Of a stretch of 64,000 nt of DNA, positions 27,997-37,681 are shown piece by piece (within the stretch, counting starts at the first letter, position 1; each line of letters starts with the position of its first letter). Under the pieces are notes generated by a model, which ran no database searches, was not told where the DNA came from, and was given only the letters and a program-made list of their open reading frames with translations. The position numbers and the translations under genes are program-made. The DNA comes from Candidatus Hodarchaeota archaeon (GTDB lineage Archaea > Asgardarchaeota > Heimdallarchaeia > Hodarchaeales > Hodarchaeaceae): positions 32,001 to 96,000 of the forward strand of contig JAEOTC010000030.1 of the NCBI GenBank assembly GCA_016840035.1, read 5' to 3'.

Positions 27997-30429
27997 TTAT
28001 TCATCTTCAGTGTTGAAGGATATTGCTGACTTTCTGGAACTTTTTCTATAAGCCCATACGAAAGCGACAAAAAGTAATGCACCAACTATTGCTAAAATGA
28101 AAGTTAGCGTAGAATCCTGTGTTGATTGAACTAGCAGCGGAGCTAGTATAAGACTAATCAAATTAATCACTTTTATCATGGGATTCAATGCTGGGCCAGC
28201 TGTGTCTTTTAATGGATCTCCGACTGTATCTCCAACAACACCAGCTTTGTGACGCTCCGATCCTTTTCCTGTATTCTTTTCTAGATCTCTTGGCTCATCT
28301 TCAATAGCCTTTTTGGCATTATCCCATGCTCCACCGGCATTAGACATGTATACAGCGAGTAATTGTCCACTAACAATAATTCCTGCTTGAAAACCACCCA
28401 GTACTTCAACACCAGATCCAATTAATTGTGCATTGTCTACCTGCCCAAGAGCAATGGTAAAGAATATCGCCATAAAAATTGGTACACTAACAGCGATAAT
28501 TGTCAGGCTAATTAGTTCTCTTTGAGCAGCAGCTGTTACAATTTTGACAACATTCCCATAGTCTGGCTTCTTGGTACCCTCCATGATTCCTGGAATTCGG
28601 AATTGCCTTCTAACTTCATTAATTGTTTGACCAGCGGCTCGATTTACTGCTCTGATATTAAAAGCGGAAAAAAGCCACGGCAGTGCTGCTCCAATAAGTA
28701 ATCCAATAAAGACTGCAGGAACATTGATTCGTAAACCATAAGCAAGTGGACTTGTGATTTCCAGGTTTTCAGCAACAATTCCCACGTCTATTACAAACGA
28801 GGCGAATAAGCTAACTGATGCTATCACAGCAGATGCAATTGCAACTCCCTTGGTAATTGCTTTTGTAGTATTACCTACAGCATCTAATTCTTCTAAGACG
28901 TGTCTAGATTCTTTGTCCATACCTGTCATTTCTGCAATACCTTGTGCGTTATCACTGATTGGACCGAACGAATCCATTGCAACATTATTACCTGTGTGAG
29001 AAAGCATTCCTATTCCTATCAATGCAATTCCATATAGTATTGCTGTTCCTAGATCCTCCTGTGAAACTATCAGATTATGCTCCAATCCATTGACAAATGG
29101 TAATCCAGTATTATCGGGGAAAATTGCATATGTTACAATTGCGAAAATAAATGAAATACAAATTGCTACAACAGCCCATACACTACTTTCATATCCCAAG
29201 GCAATACCACTCAATATTGTAGTTGCTGGACCTCCTTCGGTGGATTCAAATACTTCAACGACTGGGCCACCAGCTTTTGCAGTAAACCGAGCCGTAATGG
29301 GATTAAATGATACTGCTAACAATACTCCGACTGCGATTAGGAAACCAAGTCTCCAATCACCAGCGTAAAATGTGGCAAGAATTAATGATGTAATTATTGT
29401 GATAGCACTAGAAATTTCATAGGATTGAAACATAGCTTTTTCTGCATCAGGAGTTTTCCATAATGCAACCGCATAAGTACCTACAATCGAACTGATTACA
29501 CCCACAGCTCTGACAATTAGGGGAAACATAATCCAAACGATTCTTCCATCGATTCCAAAAAGAACCAGTCCTAATATTAAAGAGGAGACAATAGTAACTT
29601 CATATGACTCGAAGATATCTGCGGCCATACCTGCACAATCCCCAACATTATCCCCAACAAGATCCGCAATAACACCAGCATTCCTTGGATCGTCCTCTGG
29701 AACGTCTTTTTCTACTTTACCAACAAGGTCTGCACCGACATCGGCTGCCTTGGTGTAAATACCTCCTCCAACTCTCATAAATAGAGCTAGAATCGTACCA
29801 CCAAAACCAAAACCAAGCAAAGCATCAGGAGCGGCTTTTCCAAAGATAATGAAAATAAGAGTACCACCTAGTAATCCAAATCCATCAGTTAGCATTCCTG
29901 TGACAGTACCAGCATGATATGCCACAGATAGTGCTTTGTTGTATCTCTGTCCAACATCTAATGGGTTACCAGATTCATCAGTGGCTTGAGATGCAGTAGC
30001 AGCTACTCTCAAGTTACCTTGAACTGCAATCCGCATACCAAATTGGCCAACCATCATTGAAAATGAGGCACCCATTATGAATGCAAGTGTACGCCCGAAT
30101 GCTATGATAAGTACTGGATCCAGTCCTTCAAATTCATCTACCGCTGCGTGAGTTGGTTCAACAAGATATACACTAAAAAATAATGCTACCGTGAGAATAA
30201 GTACAATAGGTAGAATCGTTTTGAGTTGACGCATCAGATAGGCATTTGCGCCTTCATTGATAGCTTCCCATACCTCTTGCATCTCCTCCGAACCTGTATC
30301 ATGGCTGAGGACATCTTTACGAAGCCACCATGAATAGATAAAGGAAATAATTGCAACAACGATTACAACACCAAGGGTTAACTGTTCAATGGGGGCTAAT
30401 TCCAAAAAAGTTTTAAGCACTGTTTTCAC
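27997..30429 (-). CDS. hppA: Membrane H+-translocating pyrophosphatase, K+-independent type
   Basis: GGGIYTKAADVGADLVGKVE, EDDPRN, GDTVGDPLKDTAGP; GNTTKA has Lys at the K+-dependence site. Confidence 0.95.
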   Translation of the reverse strand: MKTVLKTFLELAPIEQLTLGVVIVVAIISFIYSWWLRKDVLSHDTGSEEMQEVWEAINEGANAYLMRQLKTILPIVLILTVALFFSVYLVEPTHAAVDEFEGLDPVLIIAFGRTLAFIMGASFSMMVGQFGMRIAVQGNLRVAATASQATDESGNPLDVGQRYNKALSVAYHAGTVTGMLTDGFGLLGGTLIFIIFGKAAPDALLGFGFGGTILALFMRVGGGIYTKAADVGADLVGKVEKDVPEDDPRNAGVIADLVGDNVGDCAGMAADIFESYEVTIVSSLILGLVLFGIDGRIVWIMFPLIVRAVGVISSIVGTYAVALWKTPDAEKAMFQSYEISSAITIITSLILATFYAGDWRLGFLIAVGVLLAVSFNPITARFTAKAGGPVVEVFESTEGGPATTILSGIALGYESSVWAVVAICISFIFAIVTYAIFPDNTGLPFVNGLEHNLIVSQEDLGTAILYGIALIGIGMLSHTGNNVAMDSFGPISDNAQGIAEMTGMDKESRHVLEELDAVGNTTKAITKGVAIASAVIASVSLFASFVIDVGIVAENLEITSPLAYGLRINVPAVFIGLLIGAALPWLFSAFNIRAVNRAAGQTINEVRRQFRIPGIMEGTKKPDYGNVVKIVTAAAQRELISLTIIAVSVPIFMAIFFTIALGQVDNAQLIGSGVEVLGGFQAGIIVSGQLLAVYMSNAGGAWDNAKKAIEDEPRDLEKNTGKGSERHKAGVVGDTVGDPLKDTAGPALNPMIKVINLISLILAPLLVQSTQDSTLTFILAIVGALLFVAFVWAYRKSSRKSAISFNTEDE

Positions 30430-30837
30430 CTTATATTTTAACTAAGAAGAATTCATATAGTATAAATTCTATGGACCTATAATGAGAATTAGGTCATAAC
30501 TAAGTAAGTTGCATTTTTTGCCTATGGTTAATAAAAAATATCAATGAAAATTACTAGTTAGAAATGTACTAAAATATTTGTAAAGTAATTAAAATCAATA
30601 AATCTTCATTTACAGATGAATTTTAACCCAAAAATTATTGAATAATTCTCAGTGAATCGTAGAATCAAAAATAATCTAAATTTTTTTACAGTTCGAGATT
30701 TGAGTATTTTTAAGGTAATGAGATACAAAAACTTAACATCTTCTCCTTTACAGTAGTTTCTTAAGCCCACTTTCAATTCCTATTATTTAATAAGATATCA
30801 CATGATTAATGAATTTATATTGGAATCGTGGAATAAA

Positions 30838-31287
30838 ATGGCTGAAAGGACTTTATTAGTAATTAAACCAGATGCAGTGCAAAGAGGTCTCATAGGAAAT
30901 ATTATTTCCCGAATTGAAAGAAAAGGGTTAAAGATAATTGCTCTTAAAATAATGATGTTAACAGACGATGAAGTAGATAAGTTATATGACATCCATATGG
31001 ATAAAGTATTCTATCCTCTTTTAAATTCCTTCATAATATCTGGACCATTGGTAGCTATCGCCATTCAAGGGAAAAATAGTGTTAAAATTGTACGAAAGCT
31101 AGCAGGTGTCACTAATTCACCTGAAGCTGAACCCGGGACCATTCGTGGAGATTTCGGAGTGGATCTTACGAAAAATATCATACACTCTTCGGATAAACCT
31201 GAAAGAGCAGAATATGAGCTCAGCGTACTATTTAAGGAAGAAGATTACGTGTCTTATAGCTTAATAAATGAATCATGGGTTGAATAA
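30838..31287 (+). CDS. ndk: Nucleoside diphosphate kinase
   Basis: ERTL.VIKPDAVQR, PGTIRGDF, NIIHSSD. Confidence 0.96.
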   Translation: MAERTLLVIKPDAVQRGLIGNIISRIERKGLKIIALKIMMLTDDEVDKLYDIHMDKVFYPLLNSFIISGPLVAIAIQGKNSVKIVRKLAGVTNSPEAEPGTIRGDFGVDLTKNIIHSSDKPERAEYELSVLFKEEDYVSYSLINESWVE

Positions 31288-31310
31288 CTCCCACGTGCGA
31301 GACGGCATAG

Positions 31311-31967
31311 ATGAAAAGACGATCTCCTTATAAACGAATTAAGATTAGGAATATCACTGGTTCAGAGCTTTTAAAAGATAATGAAGAACGTTGGCGTCTA
31401 AGAAGTTCAAATGGATCCAGCTTATTTCGTATTTGGATTGTTGGGGTAATTACGGAAATTTACCAGGGGCAAAATAACTATATTGGATTGAAAGTAGAAG
31501 ATGGGAGTGGTGCAGCAATTGTTAAATCTTGGGATGGTAATCTAGAATCATTCTCTCAGTGGGATAAAGTAGAAATTCTTGGTCAAATTCAAATTTCTGA
31601 ACAAGATGAGAAAATTGACGTATTTATAACCCCAGATATCATAGAAAAGATTGTGGATGACAATTGGTTTATCTATCATCGATTGAAAATTGCTCAACAA
31701 AACGCTTTTCTTGACACAGAAATTACAGTAAAATCTGCCGTCGTTGAAGGAATCGATCTTGGAATAGCGTCCTTAGAAGATTTGAAAACTAAACTTAAGA
31801 AACTTGTTAAGCAATTAGATAAAGGTAGTGGAGTTACAATGGATGACATCATCGAAAAATTACCAAAAATAGATGAATCACAGATTTATGATGCAATTAC
31901 CGAATTATTGGAATCTGGAGAGTTTTTTGAACCTCAAGTCGGTATATATTCGATCGCATTTGAATAG
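31311..31967 (+). CDS. RPA2/RPA32-like protein (OB fold + C-terminal winged helix)
   Basis: RIWIVGVI...VEDGSG...KVEILG; C-terminal AITELLESGEFFEP. Confidence 0.78.
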   Translation: MKRRSPYKRIKIRNITGSELLKDNEERWRLRSSNGSSLFRIWIVGVITEIYQGQNNYIGLKVEDGSGAAIVKSWDGNLESFSQWDKVEILGQIQISEQDEKIDVFITPDIIEKIVDDNWFIYHRLKIAQQNAFLDTEITVKSAVVEGIDLGIASLEDLKTKLKKLVKQLDKGSGVTMDDIIEKLPKIDESQIYDAITELLESGEFFEPQVGIYSIAFE

Positions 31968-31976
31968 GACCCGAAT

Positions 31977-32525
31977 TTACGGCCTATTCCACTGGAACAC
32001 GTAGTAACGGATTTGTTGATCAGATAAGACTGTTGCTATTACATATCTTTTTCGAACTGAAGTTGCCAATCTACCAGCTCTAACTAAATCGATAGGCTCA
32101 ATGGTTGATTCCTTCGGAATTATAGAGACTAAAAATGGTGCATGATCAATTCCTGGCCCTCTTCTGTATACGGAAAAATCTGTTCCAAATTTTAGTCCAG
32201 GACGTACAATATATCGTTTTGCTCGTAAGTCTTTATAAACAGTAAATAAATCCTCAAATTTTGTGAATCGTTCTATACAAATTGTTGTGTATTCACTAAA
32301 GGAAAGCTCTCTCTCATCTTCTGTAATTTTTATCTTGTCATCCTCAAGTAAAAACGCCGCTTCTAGCAGGGTTAGTTCTAGAGGTCTTTCAAATCTCGGA
32401 GATTTGGGTTTTCTTATTCCCACAGGCTTTCCAAAGTAACCTAGTTGATAAATTTGACTTCCTTGCTCATGGTTCCAAATAATGACGTGTTTATCCACTA
32501 ATTGAGCTGGAATAGGAGTTTCCAT
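31977..32525 (-). CDS. endA: tRNA-splicing endonuclease catalytic subunit
   Basis: GLKFGTDFSVY(Tyr)RRGPGIDH(His)A...SVRK(Lys). Confidence 0.93.
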   Translation of the reverse strand: METPIPAQLVDKHVIIWNHEQGSQIYQLGYFGKPVGIRKPKSPRFERPLELTLLEAAFLLEDDKIKITEDERELSFSEYTTICIERFTKFEDLFTVYKDLRAKRYIVRPGLKFGTDFSVYRRGPGIDHAPFLVSIIPKESTIEPIDLVRAGRLATSVRKRYVIATVLSDQQIRYYVFQWNRP

Positions 32526-32561
32526 TTTTTACCTCCAGATTGTTCTGTCTTCGAAGAATAA

Positions 32562-33176
32562 TTAATTCTTCTTTCTATTAAACTTTGGTGCTATAATTCG
32601 TAAAGCGAGTATAAGGTTAAGAATGACTAGAACAAGTAAAAAGGTTATAGCAGAGTTTAAATTTGCTAGTGAAAAGTCTTCTCTTTGATCATTTACCGTG
32701 ATATGTAAAGCATTACTGTAAGCTAGGAATTCTGTATCTGAAATCTCAGATACTCGGTAATAAACCTTTGCAGCATGGAGTTGATAATCTCCTGCTTTAT
32801 GTGCAGTGATAATATAGCTAAATTTGCGTGTTTGATTGGGTTCAATCCAACTGTAAGATAATTTTGTTAATCCAGCCACAGTAAAAACGTATGCAGAATT
32901 TAATGTATCAATGAAGGTGACATTATATGCTGTACTATTACCAACATTCACAATCGTAATCGTTACTACAAAAGAATCATTTTGGGTAATTTCTGTGTTT
33001 TCAACACTCTTAGTGACAAATAAACTCGGATATACTTCACTTGTGTTTGTGGATCTAGATGGGGAAGCCTGAAGTTGTGTTAACATAAAATTAAAGCAAA
33101 GAATCGTAAAAATAAAGCTTATAACTAGCTTTCTACCAAGTTGAGACCTTCTAGGTACAGTCCACATTAATATCAC
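32562..33176 (-). CDS. TRAP-beta (SSR2)/BatD-like Ig-fold membrane protein
   Basis: Signal/TM, L.V.KS...V.ITIVNVGNSTAYNV.F.D...I.P......Y.I...KAG.Y....A.V.Y, C-terminal TM plus basic tail. Confidence 0.7.
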   Translation of the reverse strand: MILMWTVPRRSQLGRKLVISFIFTILCFNFMLTQLQASPSRSTNTSEVYPSLFVTKSVENTEITQNDSFVVTITIVNVGNSTAYNVTFIDTLNSAYVFTVAGLTKLSYSWIEPNQTRKFSYIITAHKAGDYQLHAAKVYYRVSEISDTEFLAYSNALHITVNDQREDFSLANLNSAITFLLVLVILNLILALRIIAPKFNRKKN

Positions 33177-33270
33177 CTAAAATAGGTATAATGAATCCCA
33201 TTTTCTTTATCTAGTTAAATCTTAGTACTTAACAAAAGATTCATGTTTTAGTTATTTACCCTCTCCTTCT

Positions 33271-34218
33271 ATGTCAAATTCATTATTCAACAAACATTTT
33301 CTATTTTTTGGTGGAAAAGGGGGAGTTGGAAAGACTACAATGGCCGCAGCGACCGCTATTCGAGCTGCTGATTTAGGTCACAATACATTATTAGTTTCAA
33401 CTGACCCAGCTCATTCTGTATCAGACAGCTTAGATCAAAAAATTGGTGGAGACGATTATATTAAAGTAAATGATGTTGAAAACTTGTGGGCGATTGAATT
33501 GAATACTGATCAGGCAATGAGCACTTATTCAGAAATGATAAGTCAGCAGGATCCCACTGGCGCTTTCAATGAATTATTAGGGGATGGTGATCCAAGTTCT
33601 CTTTCACCACCTGGAACTGATGAAACTGTTGCCTTTATCCAGTTACTAGAGTTTATCCAGAATCCTGAGTACGATATTGTTGTATTTGATACAGCACCCA
33701 CTGGACATACTTTAAAACTTCTACAGCTACCAGAATTAACCCAAAGTTGGTTGTTTCGATTAATAAAAATGCGCCGTCGTCTTGGAGGTTTGATGGGAGG
33801 ATTTAAATCACTATTTGGAGGAGGATCAGAACTTGATGAACAAGATGCATTTGATAAACTTGAGGAATTAAGGGATCAAGTTGAGATTGCTAGAACTCAC
33901 CTTAGTAATAATGAGGAGACCGAGTTTGTAGCTGTTACGATCCCAACTATTATGGCGATCTGGGAAACGGAGAGACTTATTCGTGCTCTATTTGAAGTGG
34001 CCTTCCCCATAACTCGAATCTATATCAATCAGCTTCAGCCGGAAAATCCTGACTGTTCCTATTGTAAAAATCGATATACAGAACAACTCAAGAACATCGA
34101 AAAGATCAAAGACTTATATGATGAATTTGATCTACACGAAATTCCATCATTTGAGTATGAGATCCGTGGAGTGGCACATCTTCGTAAATTGGCAAATATT
34201 CTATATGGAAAAAAATAA
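33271..34218 (+). CDS. get3: Get3/TRC40-ArsA family ATPase (single domain)
   Basis: GGKGGVGKTT, STDPAHS, FDTAPTGHT, CxxC (CSYC). Confidence 0.88.
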   Translation: MSNSLFNKHFLFFGGKGGVGKTTMAAATAIRAADLGHNTLLVSTDPAHSVSDSLDQKIGGDDYIKVNDVENLWAIELNTDQAMSTYSEMISQQDPTGAFNELLGDGDPSSLSPPGTDETVAFIQLLEFIQNPEYDIVVFDTAPTGHTLKLLQLPELTQSWLFRLIKMRRRLGGLMGGFKSLFGGGSELDEQDAFDKLEELRDQVEIARTHLSNNEETEFVAVTIPTIMAIWETERLIRALFEVAFPITRIYINQLQPENPDCSYCKNRYTEQLKNIEKIKDLYDEFDLHEIPSFEYEIRGVAHLRKLANILYGKK

Positions 34219-34232
34219 ATCAGAAGAAAGGT

Positions 34233-34841
34233 CTACTTTTCTTCATCCCATCCCTTACGAATTCTAGAGAACGCTTCTTTAAGCTCCATGTTCATTTGAG
34301 CTTTCAAGCTCATTGGGGATGGACGTGCTGCCTGAGGTGGTGGTGTTTGTGGGCCACCCATTGGCGCGCCTACGCCTGGAGGAGCTAAACCGGGAGATGC
34401 AGGGGTTGGTGATTGTCCTGGTAATGGTGGAAGACTTGATGGCGATGGCGCTTGTGTTGTGGACGATGGTGGACTATTAGCTGTCATAGGAGGAGAAATT
34501 GCCGTTGGTTGTGCCTGAACTGGTGATGGGGGAGTTGGAAATGCGGGTGGAGTGGGTAAACTGGGAGGAGGAGTGGTAGGGGGTGTAGGAGCAGTTATTG
34601 GTGCTGTAGGTTGTGAAACTGGTGGTGAAGAACTAGGTGCTGGTGCAGAAAGGGGAGGGGGAGCCGCACTTTGTTGTGAAACTTGACTAATTTTTGTACT
34701 TAGTTCTGCATATTTACGTTCCAGTTCATCGACAATCTCTGCTAATTGTGAGACAAAAACAAAGAATTTTTTCGTAACAGCGATCAATGTGTCAACATTT
34801 TGAGATTGGTTGTCTCCAAAGAATTCATCTAAATTGGTCAA
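34233..34841 (-). CDS. Hypothetical protein: N-terminal coiled coil, polyproline region, C-terminal amphipathic helix
   Basis: Long open frame in a GC-rich patch; PPP/PxxP runs; C-terminus SLKAQMNMELKEAFSRIRKGWDEEK. Confidence 0.8.
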   Translation of the reverse strand: MTNLDEFFGDNQSQNVDTLIAVTKKFFVFVSQLAEIVDELERKYAELSTKISQVSQQSAAPPPLSAPAPSSSPPVSQPTAPITAPTPPTTPPPSLPTPPAFPTPPSPVQAQPTAISPPMTANSPPSSTTQAPSPSSLPPLPGQSPTPASPGLAPPGVGAPMGGPQTPPPQAARPSPMSLKAQMNMELKEAFSRIRKGWDEEK

Positions 34842-34896
34842 AGTATAAACCTACATTGAAGTTCTAAAAATATCTTTCATATATCCAATCTCTAAA

Positions 34897-35766
34897 TCAC
34901 TTATAAGAAGTTTCTTTTTCAATTAGGGATTTCAAGTAATCGACCACTAAACAAGCATCCTTTGTTTCTTCAACATCATGTGTCCGAATAATGTGAGCTC
35001 CATTTCTAATTGCGATAGATGTAGCTGCTAGAGACCCCCATAATCGTTGTTCAGGCTTTTTTCCAGTTACTGCACCAATGAATGATTTTCGGGATATTCC
35101 AACTAATATAGGATAACCTAGTTGCCTTAATTCCTCTAATCGATCGATAATTTGATAATCGTCCTGAGTTTTTCTCTCTGGAACCCACCCCCCTAATCCA
35201 GGATCTAAAATTATACTCTGTTGTGATATACCTGCGTCAAGTGCTAAGCTAATACTTTTACGTAATTCAACGAGTATATCCGAGATTTTAAACACATCCC
35301 CTGGTTTTTTTTTACATGCCATTAAGGTAACTGCTGCGTCATATTCAGATACCGTTTTCGCCATCATTACATCTGACTTTAAACCTGAAATGTCATTAAT
35401 CATTGTAGCACCAGAATGCAGGGCGTAATTCGCAATTTTATGGGATTGTGTATCAACAGAAATAGGAATTTTACAATCTATTTCCTTTATGGCTTCAAAA
35501 AATATTCTTATTCTCTCTTTTTCTTTGGAAATTGAGAGGTCGTCTACAGAATCATAAAGAAATGATGGAGCACTCGAGATTGCACCAACATCAATGAAAT
35601 CAGCTCCTTGCGAAATAAAATCGAGAACTCTCTCCTGAATCGATTCTGAAGTATCAGCAATGCTTCCTTTGTAGAACGAAGCTGGCGAGAGATTGATAAC
35701 ACCCATAATAGCGGTTTTATAATTATCACCAAAAGAAATATTTCCAATCCGACTAATAATTTTCAT
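34897..35766 (-). CDS. folP: Dihydropteroate synthase
   Basis: MGVINLSP.SF, ISVDT, INDISG, LDPGLG, GISRKSF, IRTHDV. Confidence 0.93.
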   Translation of the reverse strand: MKIISRIGNISFGDNYKTAIMGVINLSPASFYKGSIADTSESIQERVLDFISQGADFIDVGAISSAPSFLYDSVDDLSISKEKERIRIFFEAIKEIDCKIPISVDTQSHKIANYALHSGATMINDISGLKSDVMMAKTVSEYDAAVTLMACKKKPGDVFKISDILVELRKSISLALDAGISQQSIILDPGLGGWVPERKTQDDYQIIDRLEELRQLGYPILVGISRKSFIGAVTGKKPEQRLWGSLAATSIAIRNGAHIIRTHDVEETKDACLVVDYLKSLIEKETSYK

Positions 35767-36575
35767 ATAAACTTACCTAGATTTTTTTTATTCTTCCAAA
35801 GGGGGCCCATGTAAATACAATGAACAGGATCCATCTTCATCTGTTCATTATTCTCATAATCGTCTTCTATTATTTGTAATGGCAAATTTTTAAGGCCTCT
35901 TGCAATAACAACTGGTATTCTTTCATTTGATTCTCCCATTAGTATTTCTGCACCACAAACAAGATTATCTGCTAAAGCTCTTGTCGTAATTTTCATTTTA
36001 CGATCAAACAAATCTCGAGATCCTCTATCATCAATAATTGGGGAGAATCCAGAGACTCCTAACGCAAATCCTGATGTCCCTCTCCGTAATGGATGTGTCT
36101 TGGAGTCAGCAATTATAACTCCGATCGAAATACCTAGCTTTTTTTCAAGACCTAGACGGATTTTATTAGCTGTATCAATGGGATCACCTGGTAAAGTAAT
36201 GTAATAATCAATACCGCCTGAATTACTCTGATCAACACCTGCATTCGCCTGAAGAATCCCGTTTTTTAGTGCAAGAACCGCTCCTGGTACTGCTCCAACT
36301 ATTTCATCCGATTCACGAAAAATTAGTTCTACAAACCGCGGATCAAGTCGAGATTTATCTGCAAGTTCCTGAGCTTTTTCTCTGACATTTCTAATTTCAG
36401 AAATTTTATGTTGATGACCTTCTACAGTAGAAATAATTTTGCTAGCAATGATAATTACATCATTATCATGGATTTCATGATGGTTTTCCTCTAAGGAGTG
36501 TACTATTACTTGGATGATATCTTTATCACTGGAGGTAACAAGCTTAGTTTTTATCCCAATAAATTCAATCCTCAA
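35763..36575 (-). CDS. cofE: CofE-family gamma-glutamyl ligase (coenzyme F420-0:L-glutamate ligase-like)
   Basis: ASKIIST.EG, NAGVDQSN, ADS.T.PLRRG, D.RG..DLF, MGESNE..P. Confidence 0.9.
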   Translation of the reverse strand: MRIEFIGIKTKLVTSSDKDIIQVIVHSLEENHHEIHDNDVIIIASKIISTVEGHQHKISEIRNVREKAQELADKSRLDPRFVELIFRESDEIVGAVPGAVLALKNGILQANAGVDQSNSGGIDYYITLPGDPIDTANKIRLGLEKKLGISIGVIIADSKTHPLRRGTSGFALGVSGFSPIIDDRGSRDLFDRKMKITTRALADNLVCGAEILMGESNERIPVVIARGLKNLPLQIIEDDYENNEQMKMDPVHCIYMGPLWKNKKNLGKFI

Positions 36576-36905
36576 TCATATTCACCATCTAGACTTGTGA
36601 AGTTTCCGTCGTTCCCTATTTTAGCATTATAGACTGTCTGCTTCAAACAACAAGTCATTTATTGAGTATTTCTCATTCTAAATTAACAGATAATTAATTT
36701 ACCTCTTGATAAACCAAAGAACGTAAACATTCTGGTACATAAAACAGACAATCTTTTAAGGTCGCGATAGAGGTAGTTCTTAAAATATTGAAAAAGAACA
36801 AGACTGAACAACAAACAAAGAAAAAATAGAAAAAGGAAATTTTATTAGTTTTTTTTAGGATATTAATTACGATAGATTAACAGTGAATAGTATGGAGATT
36901 TAAAG

Positions 36906-37661
36906 ATGTCAATGGAAGATCGTGCTAAATTTGGAATCCCTCTCTTAGACGACGCTTTAGGTGGAGGAGTTCCTCGTGGATCCATAATATTAGTGGAAGA
37001 TGAAGTAGGGATTAATACGGAACATATCCTTGTACAATTTTTGTCTGAAGGATTAAGAACTGGGGAATATGGGTATATACTTTCAACTGAACATCTTTTC
37101 TCTTATTATTCTCCGCTATTTGTCCCCTACAATATTTCGGAAGTGACTTTCGAGACAAAAAGACTCGTTTTCTTAGACGCATTCTCAAATCCATTTGGTT
37201 ACTCTGAAGGTCGACCAAGTACAGCTGGAGAAAACGTAATTCGAGATATCACCCAACCCCGTCAGGTCACAGATCAGATTAGAAGAGCCTTATTACATGT
37301 TCGTTCCCAACCTGTTCGTGGTGTCTTGGATTCATTAACAACTATACTCCTCGTTTCAGAAACTCTCAAAGCCCCGATGGCTTTCCTTCAACATAAAATC
37401 GCTACAGATAAAGAAATGGGAATTGTAAGTATTCTTACCCTTCACAGAGATGTTCACTCTCCGCATATCATACAAGCAGTAGAACATTATTGTGATGGAG
37501 TACTTAGATTAACAAAAGAGACCTCGGATGGAAAAAGTCTTGCACCGACTGATCTACTTCAGATAATTAAAGTTCCTGGTATGTCTTTATCTGAATTAGA
37601 AAACACTCAATTTTCATTTCAACCGAGTCCCGGTCATATTGAATTATCACCAGTATTGTAA
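36906..37661 (+). CDS. RecA/KaiC-superfamily (RAD55-like) protein with degenerate Walker A
   Basis: FGIP.LD..LGGGVPRGS start and LDSLT Walker-B-like motif; P-loop reads EDEVGINTEH. Confidence 0.78.
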   Translation: MSMEDRAKFGIPLLDDALGGGVPRGSIILVEDEVGINTEHILVQFLSEGLRTGEYGYILSTEHLFSYYSPLFVPYNISEVTFETKRLVFLDAFSNPFGYSEGRPSTAGENVIRDITQPRQVTDQIRRALLHVRSQPVRGVLDSLTTILLVSETLKAPMAFLQHKIATDKEMGIVSILTLHRDVHSPHIIQAVEHYCDGVLRLTKETSDGKSLAPTDLLQIIKVPGMSLSELENTQFSFQPSPGHIELSPVL

Positions 37662-37681
37662 AATCAATTATTGAACGCGAT

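Noticed and set aside
34320-34670. GC-rich patch as possible ncRNA or foreign DNA
   Set aside because: Explained by Pro/Ala/Gly codons of the polyproline ORF.
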